Source: a virus
DNA: 7,019 nt
Direction: 5' to 3' (one strand)
IMG/VR virus record: IMGVR_UViG_3300023545_000090
Coordinates: 1-7,019 of that record
Positions 1 through 4,175 of this stretch are shown here, one piece after another (the stretch's first letter is position 1; each line of letters opens with the position of its first letter). Position numbers and translations under genes: made by a program. The notes below the pieces were generated by a model, which searched no databases, was not told where the DNA came from, and saw only the letters and a list, made by a program, of their open reading frames with translations.

Positions 1-55
1 CTTTCTGCTTTGCGTTCTGCTACTGCTCTGCAAAAATATAAGGAAATTCAGAATA
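1..55. repeat. Terminal redundancy, copy 1 (identical to 6965..7019); overlap from linearising a circular genome
   Basis: CTTTCTGCTTTGCGTTCTGCTACTGCTCTGCAAAAATATAAGGAAATTCAGAATA occurs at both window ends with 55/55 identity. The reading frame is continuous across the junction. Confidence 0.95.
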
Positions 56-822
56 GCAATGACCCCGATTTTGCTAATCAAGTTTTGGCACACTTTGGTA
101 TTAAGCCTAAAGTAGACTCTCGTACCTCTATTTTTATAGGTGGTGATGATAAAACTTTAAGCATAAATCCACAAGTTAATACCAATTTCCTTGATGGTGG
201 TCAACCTGATATTAAGGCTATTGGTGTTGGTGATTTGTCTGCTGGTTGCAAATTTACTGCTTCTACCTATGGTATAATTATTGGTATTTATCGTGCTGTT
301 CCTCAACTTGATTACTCTCATGTTGGCATTGACCGTAATTTGTTTAAGACTGACGCTACCGATTTTCCTATTCCAGAACTTGATAGTATCGGTATGCAAA
401 CGCAATACCGTTGTGAACTTAGTGCTCCTTTGCTTGGTTTGTGTCCTTCTCTTACTGGTGATGTTTTACCTATTTCTTCACCTGTTGATATGTCTGTTAC
501 TTATGGTTATTCGCCTAGGTATGCCGAATTAAAGAGCGCTCGAGATTATTTCGAAGGTGGTTTTTGTGGTACCTATTCATCTTGGGTTACTGGTTATGAT
601 GAAACTTTTTTGCGTCTTTGGCGTCGCAATCTAGGTTCCCAGTCTTCTGCTAATTATGGTAGCATTGACGATTTATTTAAATGTCGTCCGTCTATACTTT
701 ATCCTATTTTTGTAAATCAATGGTCGGGTACAGTTAATGACGATAAGTTGCTCATTGGTAGTGTTAATACTTGTGTTGCTGTCCGTCCATTTAGTATGTA
801 CGGTTTGCCTTATTCAAAATAA
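1..822 (+). CDS. VP1: Microviridae major capsid protein (VP1 / F-like), C-terminal part; continues from 5735..6964 across the circular junction
   Basis: The frame is open from base 1 to TAA at 820..822 and matches the open ORF running off the 3' end. The listed TTG start at 10 is an artefact. The motif block LSALRSATALQKYKEIQ...ANQVLAHFGIKPKVDSRTSIFIGG resembles the conserved microvirus capsid core (ALQ-[KR]-[WY]-x-E ... HFG ... D-x-R ... GG). Confidence 0.9.
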   Translation, partial: LSALRSATALQKYKEIQNSNDPDFANQVLAHFGIKPKVDSRTSIFIGGDDKTLSINPQVNTNFLDGGQPDIKAIGVGDLSAGCKFTASTYGIIIGIYRAVPQLDYSHVGIDRNLFKTDATDFPIPELDSIGMQTQYRCELSAPLLGLCPSLTGDVLPISSPVDMSVTYGYSPRYAELKSARDYFEGGFCGTYSSWVTGYDETFLRLWRRNLGSQSSANYGSIDDLFKCRPSILYPIFVNQWSGTVNDDKLLIGSVNTCVAVRPFSMYGLPYSK

Positions 823-838
823 TTTAAATTTTTTTTAT

Positions 839-1288
839 ATGAAAGCTAAAGATAAAGTTGTTTTTGTACCACCTGTTTATGAAGAGGTACAACACGAAGT
901 TACTTCTGTAGATGATAAGAATAATCCTTTGCGTACTTCTTTTCATACTGACATTTCTCTGTTGCAGCGTATAGATACTATGCGTGCTGATGCACAGACT
1001 TTGCGTGAAATTAAGGAATCTTTGCAGCCTATGATTGATACCTCGAATTTCCGTACTCAGTTCGAAGATACTTTTGGTTCTTTGACTGATGATGAGTTAA
1101 TCAATTCTTGTCCTTCTCGTTACACTCAGACTTCTAGTGAAAAAATGTCTTATCTTAAAGAACTTGCTGCTAAAGATAAAGAGGTTCGTGATAAGGCTGC
1201 TGCTGCTCTTAAGGAGAAAGAGGAAAAAGAAAAGGCTGAAAAAGAAAATGCTGAATTTCAGTCTCGTTTACTGGAAATCTTTAAGTAG
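839..1288 (+). CDS. Putative internal scaffolding protein (VP3-like), 149 aa
   Basis: ATG at 839 lies 17 nt after the VP1 stop. The listed ORF start at 737 would overlap VP1 and encode a hydrophobic off-frame artefact. The protein is acidic with a Lys/Glu-rich helical tail (KDKEVRDKAAAALKEKEEKEKAEKENAEF). Its size and position next to the capsid gene fit microvirus scaffold proteins. The function is inferred, not recognised by a strict motif. Confidence 0.55.
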   Translation: MKAKDKVVFVPPVYEEVQHEVTSVDDKNNPLRTSFHTDISLLQRIDTMRADAQTLREIKESLQPMIDTSNFRTQFEDTFGSLTDDELINSCPSRYTQTSSEKMSYLKELAAKDKEVRDKAAAALKEKEEKEKAEKENAEFQSRLLEIFK

Positions 1289-1296
1289 TTTTGCCT

Positions 1297-2748
1297 ATGT
1301 TGTCTATTATAAATTTTAGGAGTATTGCCGTTTTTGGCGGTGCTCCTTTTCGTTTAACTAAATGTACCGCTCTCGGTTCTGCTGGTGCTGGTGCTGCTGG
1401 TGGTGCTACTGTTGGTGGTGTCCCTGGTGCTTTAGTTGGTGGTGCTTTAGGTCTAGCCGGTTCCTTGCTTGGTGGTCTTTTTGGAAATCATAATACCAAT
1501 AAGACTAATAAGATGAATTATAAAATCATGCAAGAGCAGAATCAATTTAATAAAGAGGAAGCTCAAAAAAATCGTGATTGGCAAGAAATGATGTATCGTA
1601 TGTTTGGAACTTCTTCTGCTAAGGCTAATGATCTGCGTTCTGCAGGTCTTAATGCTTTGTTAGGAGATGTTTCTGCTAGTGGTAACGTTGGTAGTGGTGC
1701 TTCTGCAACTGCTGCTGAATCTGCCAATATGTTGCCTTCTGATTACTCTTTTGTTGGTGACGCTGCTGAAAGTGGCTTGGCTGCCTATAATACAACTCGT
1801 TCTGTTGATGCGTCTGTTTCTTTGCAAAAGTCTCAAGAGAATGTGAATAAGTCTATTGAGGGTGTTAATAATGCACAAAAAGGTCTTATGGAATCTCAAA
1901 CAGATATGCAGAAAATGACTTATAGATTTGCTATGGATACCTATCAAAATAGGTTATTACAAGAGCAATTTAAAGCAGAGTTGTCCAATTGGCAGGGTTT
2001 TGATGCTATGTATGATGCACGTCTTAAGGCTTTCAGTCTTTACAATGTTATGCCTCAAGAAGTAGAAAAAAATGTTGCTCAAACAATGTCTTTTTATGCG
2101 TCTGCCTTTCGTGATATTGCTGCGGGTAAATATACCCTCAAGCAAACTGAGAATTATGGCAAATGGTTATCTATTCAACAAACTTTTGCACATGCTGCTA
2201 CGGTACAAAGTAGTGCAGCTTTGATGCAAGGTCGTGCTGCTTTAACGAATGCCAATACCAATGCTGCTTATCTTAAACAGTTAGGTGGTTACTATGGAGC
2301 TTTGACTTCGGGTCAACTTATGTCTAATCAGATGCAACAATATTATACTGACTTTATGTTGGGTAAAATGCCTATTGGTAAGGCTGAAAGCATTTTGCGG
2401 AAAACTCCCTATAAGCATTTGCTTGATTTGAATATTCAGCAAAATGAATGGTCTTTAAACAAGTTGATGCAAGAGCCCGATTTGATACGTTCTTTGAGTG
2501 GTATGTACAAATCCGAAACGTCTCTTACCAATAAGCGTGTTGATAGTTATGATACCGATAAAGTCTTTGAGCGTATTGAATCCACTTCACGTGTATTTAA
2601 CAATGTTGCTGAAGGTGCTAGTAATTTTTTACCAAAGGTTCGTTTTAAGAAGGGTGCTGATAACACTCCGCCTGCTCCAGCTAGTGGTAAATCTTGGCTT
2701 GATGCGTATCGCGAAAACCCTAATTATAGCCCTACGGGTTATAAATAA
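1297..2748 (+). CDS. VP2: Minor capsid / DNA pilot protein (VP2, H-like), 483 aa
   Basis: This is a long ORF directly after the scaffold-like gene. The first ATG is at 1297; the TTG at 1291 is less likely. The N-terminal Gly/Ala-rich hydrophobic segment GSAGAGAAGGATVGGVPGALVGGALGLAGSLLGGLFG is followed by a Q/N/A-rich helical region. This is typical of the poorly conserved microvirus pilot proteins. Stop is TAA at 2746..2748. Confidence 0.75.
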   Translation: MLSIINFRSIAVFGGAPFRLTKCTALGSAGAGAAGGATVGGVPGALVGGALGLAGSLLGGLFGNHNTNKTNKMNYKIMQEQNQFNKEEAQKNRDWQEMMYRMFGTSSAKANDLRSAGLNALLGDVSASGNVGSGASATAAESANMLPSDYSFVGDAAESGLAAYNTTRSVDASVSLQKSQENVNKSIEGVNNAQKGLMESQTDMQKMTYRFAMDTYQNRLLQEQFKAELSNWQGFDAMYDARLKAFSLYNVMPQEVEKNVAQTMSFYASAFRDIAAGKYTLKQTENYGKWLSIQQTFAHAATVQSSAALMQGRAALTNANTNAAYLKQLGGYYGALTSGQLMSNQMQQYYTDFMLGKMPIGKAESILRKTPYKHLLDLNIQQNEWSLNKLMQEPDLIRSLSGMYKSETSLTNKRVDSYDTDKVFERIESTSRVFNNVAEGASNFLPKVRFKKGADNTPPAPASGKSWLDAYRENPNYSPTGYK

Positions 2749-2754
2749 TAGATT

Positions 2755-2786
2755 GGGCGCAAGGTTAATTCCTTGCGCCCTTTTTT
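2755..2786 (+). terminator. Rho-independent terminator closing the long + strand transcription unit
   Basis: A perfect 10-bp GC-rich stem pairs GGGCGCAAGG (2755..2764) with CCTTGCGCCC (2771..2780) around the loop TTAATT. It is followed by TTTTTT (2781..2786) and starts 7 nt after the VP2 stop. On the minus strand the same hairpin lies 7 nt after the stop of the antisense ORF, but no U-tract follows it there. Confidence 0.75.
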
Positions 2787-2787
2787 G

Positions 2788-3048
2788 CTATATTTTCTTT
2801 ATACATATTGTACATTCTATTGTTTTTCGTCTTTTATCTGCCAATAATTCTGATTTATAGCAATATATTGCTCCACCTGTTATTTGCTTTGTTCCGTATC
2901 CATCTTCTCCATATTCGCTTTGGATAATGTCTAGGAGATAGTGTACTGCGTTTCTCTTTAGTCTGAATGGATTACCGTTTAAGTATTCTTTTTCAGCTAT
3001 TACTTTGCCTTCTACTGTTTCTTTGTAGTTATAAACTAATTTATACAT
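2788..3048 (-). CDS. Hypothetical 86-aa protein encoded antisense to all other genes
   Basis: The ORF runs from ATG (3046..3048 on the minus strand) to TAG (2788..2790). The translation has globular-like composition (MYKLVYNYKETVEGKVIAEKEYLNGNPFRLKRNAVHYLLDIIQSEYGEDGYG...) and is not the L/V/I/F-rich junk seen in spurious frames. The only + strand ORF touching this interval is the off-frame 2498..2860 artefact. It stays stop-free for 86 codons on an A-rich strand. I recognise no family. Confidence 0.5.
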   Translation of the reverse strand: MYKLVYNYKETVEGKVIAEKEYLNGNPFRLKRNAVHYLLDIIQSEYGEDGYGTKQITGGAIYCYKSELLADKRRKTIECTICIKKI

Positions 3049-3131
3049 AACTATATCTATTTAAATGTTTATTGTAAAAAGACTTTCTTTTTATCTATTG
3101 CTAAGGTACGAATTTTCTCCGACACTACCAA

Positions 3132-3168
3132 TTAAATGAGTTAAATATCTGTTAAATGTACGTTAAAT
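3132..3168. repeat. Four helically phased (G)TTAAAT repeats; a fifth copy lies at 3061..3066
   Basis: TTAAAT occurs at 3132, 3141, 3152 and 3163, with spacings of 9, 11 and 11 bp. The last three copies are preceded by G. The repeats sit 85-120 bp upstream of the antisense ORF start. Confidence 0.6.
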
Positions 3169-3269
3169 AATGCAAACACGTTTTCAGATAATTCTCATCT
3201 AGCATAAATACCTTCCGTAAAAATCTATATTTTTTTATGAAATAATAAAAATTTTATATTATACTATTT

Positions 3270-3340
3270 ATGTATCTGTTTTGTATTTGTGTGCGTGCGC
3301 ATTTTATACGTACGTACACAATTTAACTAAACAGATACAT
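3270..3340. repeat. Nested imperfect palindrome / ssDNA hairpin (12-bp outer stem plus 12-bp inner stem)
   Basis: The outer arms ATGTATCTGTTT (3270..3281) and AAACAGATACAT (3329..3340) are perfect reverse complements. The inner arms TGTGTGCGTGCG (3288..3299) and CGTACGTACACA (3309..3320) pair at 12/12 positions if two G-T wobbles are allowed. The loop is CATTTTATA. Confidence 0.8.
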
Positions 3341-3386
3341 TACTTTGGTTTGTCTGTTAGAAAAACCTTAGTTTATCGCGGAAAAG

Positions 3387-3406
3387 TTTGTAACTGCTTT
3401 GTAACT
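3387..3406 (+). repeat. Tandem direct repeat TTTGTAACT x2 with 11-bp periodicity
   Basis: TTTGTAACT occurs at 3387..3395 and 3398..3406, separated by GC. The perfect palindrome GAAAATTTTC follows at 3417..3426. Confidence 0.6.
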
Positions 3407-3535
3407 ACCTTTTTATGAAAATTTTCTCCCGAAAATTCCACTCTCTTGTTATAGGTAGGCAAAAGTGGGAATACACTTTCCTAATTACTGCACTTTTGTT
3501 CCTTAGTAACTATTTTACTAATAAATGTTAACAAA

Positions 3536-3568
3536 TTTGGTTGTTTCAAAAACATTTCCTTATCTTTG
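3536..3568 (+). promoter_or_regulatory. Candidate Bacteroidota-type promoter (-33 TTTG / -7 TAnnTTTG)
   Basis: TTTG at 3536..3539 and TATCTTTG at 3561..3568 are separated by 21 nt. The ATG of the first small ORF lies 5 nt downstream at 3573, which would imply a very short or absent leader. This is a motif match only. Confidence 0.3.
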
Positions 3569-3572
3569 CACC

Positions 3573-3782
3573 ATGAAAAATGAATTTATAAAAATTATCA
3601 TCAAAGTAGCTTTGTATGCACTTGGATTGATAGCTGCTTATTTTGGTGTCTCTTCTTTGTCATCATGCAGTACGTCTCACAATATAGTTGCAGGTGGTCG
3701 CACTATTATTGTTAGTGTTGATACCACAATTGTTAAACATAACGGCTTTGTCCGTTCTAAAAATTTTAAGCCTTATGAATAA
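3573..3782 (+). CDS. Small putative lipoprotein, 69 aa (predicted mature peptide about 38 aa)
   Basis: The internal ATG at 3573 gives MKNEFIKIIIKVALYALGLIAAYFGVSSLSSC. This has a basic n-region, a hydrophobic core and a lipobox-like L-S-S-C with Cys32 encoded at 3666..3668. The listed 3525 start would add 16 residues upstream of the promoter-like motif. The stop codon region overlaps the next ORF start (ATGAATAA). Confidence 0.55.
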   Translation: MKNEFIKIIIKVALYALGLIAAYFGVSSLSSCSTSHNIVAGGRTIIVSVDTTIVKHNGFVRSKNFKPYE

Positions 3783-3954
3783 AAGTTCGTCTCGCTTTTT
3801 TATCGTTGAAGTTAACGGTGTTCAGTATGTAGTTAAATTTGGTAAGATTGACGAATTTGTTTGTCTGTTTTTGCCTTCTGTTGTTGTTGTTTCTTCTATG
3901 ACAACTTCACCTGTTCAGTGGGAACATGAATACCAATGGTATAAACGTATTTAG
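3775..3954 (+). CDS. Hypothetical 59-aa protein
   Basis: ATG at 3775 overlaps the end of the preceding ORF by 8 nt, a translational-coupling arrangement. The protein contains a hydrophobic stretch, FVCLFLPSVVVVSSM. The upstream part of the listed ORF (3688..3774) is out-of-frame overlap with Leu/Val-rich translation. No family recognised. Confidence 0.4.
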   Translation: MNKSSSRFFIVEVNGVQYVVKFGKIDEFVCLFLPSVVVVSSMTTSPVQWEHEYQWYKRI

Positions 3955-3963
3955 TTCTCGCTT

Positions 3964-4173
3964 ATGACTGCCAAAGATTATTTGACTGCTCTTAAGGTAA
4001 TTCGTGAAATTCAGCGTAAGCAGGCATATTGCACTGGTCAATCTAAACCTTATCTTGCCGATACATTGAAAGAAATTGAATTGTATTGCCCTCTCGATTT
4101 TTCAAAAAGTGGAGGTCGTGTTACAGACAAAACTATTTTAAGTAGTTATGATGGTAATTTATTTAGTTCATAG
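3964..4173 (+). CDS. Hypothetical 69-aa protein
   Basis: ATG lies 9 nt after the previous stop, and the ORF's own stop lies 2 nt before the rep ATG. The translation is non-repetitive and hydrophilic (MTAKDYLTALKVIREIQRKQAYCTGQSKPYLADTLKEIELYC...). No family recognised. Confidence 0.5.
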   Translation: MTAKDYLTALKVIREIQRKQAYCTGQSKPYLADTLKEIELYCPLDFSKSGGRVTDKTILSSYDGNLFSS

Positions 4174-4175
4174 TT

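Noticed and set aside
157-405. Minus-strand 82-aa ORF inside the capsid gene. The same applies to the minus-strand ORFs at 1660..1947, 1957..2145 and 5750..6004.
   Set aside because: All are fully embedded antisense to well-supported VP1 or VP2 coding sequence. Their translations are low-complexity and I/R/N/K/T-rich, as expected from reading the complement of T-rich codons. They have no independent start context or flanking signals.
281-532. Out-of-frame + strand ORFs at 281..532, 1137..1319, 2498..2860, 5787..6020 and 6192..6428.
   Set aside because: Their translations are dominated by L/V/I/F/C runs, for example LLLLVMFYLFLHLLICLLL. That is the signature of shifted reading of T-rich codons, and each overlaps a hallmark gene. 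Only 4687..5274 stood out enough to report.
737-838. The upstream extension of the scaffold-like ORF (listed start 737).
   Set aside because: It would overlap the VP1 3' end by 86 nt and add a hydrophobic junk-like leader (MTISCSLVVLILVLLSVHLVCTVCLIQ). The ATG at 839, just after the VP1 stop, is the more natural start.
1204-1250. A purine-rich tract with AAGGAG-like motifs that could be read as ribosome-binding sites.
   Set aside because: It lies inside the scaffold-like ORF, where it encodes the KEKEEKEKAEKE tail. No ATG-initiated ORF of meaningful length follows at proper spacing, and no other gene here uses a Shine-Dalgarno motif.
3170-3270. A highly AT-rich stretch containing a short ATG-initiated ORF (ATGAAATAATAA).
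   Set aside because: The ORF is only two codons before a stop. The stretch is better read as AT-rich spacer or an unwinding-prone region. No discrete motif could be supported.
3294-3330. A possible complete XerCD dif site, because GTGCGCAT resembles the E. coli dif XerC arm and GTTAAAT at 3151..3168 resembles the XerD arm end.
   Set aside because: Only about 8 of 11 XerC-arm positions match. No XerD-arm-like sequence follows at the correct 6-nt spacer. The GTTAAAT copies are more than 120 nt away. It is kept only as a low-weight hypothesis within the hairpin finding.
3111-3429. The 10-mer direct repeat AATTTTCTCC at 3111..3120 and 3420..3429.
   Set aside because: A single shared AT-rich 10-mer within a 7-kb AT-rich genome is expected by chance several times over. 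There is no further flanking similarity.
3525-3572. The upstream extension of the lipoprotein ORF (listed start 3525), and likewise 3688..3774 for the next ORF.
   Set aside because: Starting at 3525 buries the signal peptide 16 residues into the protein and places the start upstream of the promoter-like -7 element. The segment 3688..3774 is an out-of-frame overlap with Leu/Val-rich translation. The internal ATGs at 3573 and 3775 give cleaner gene models.
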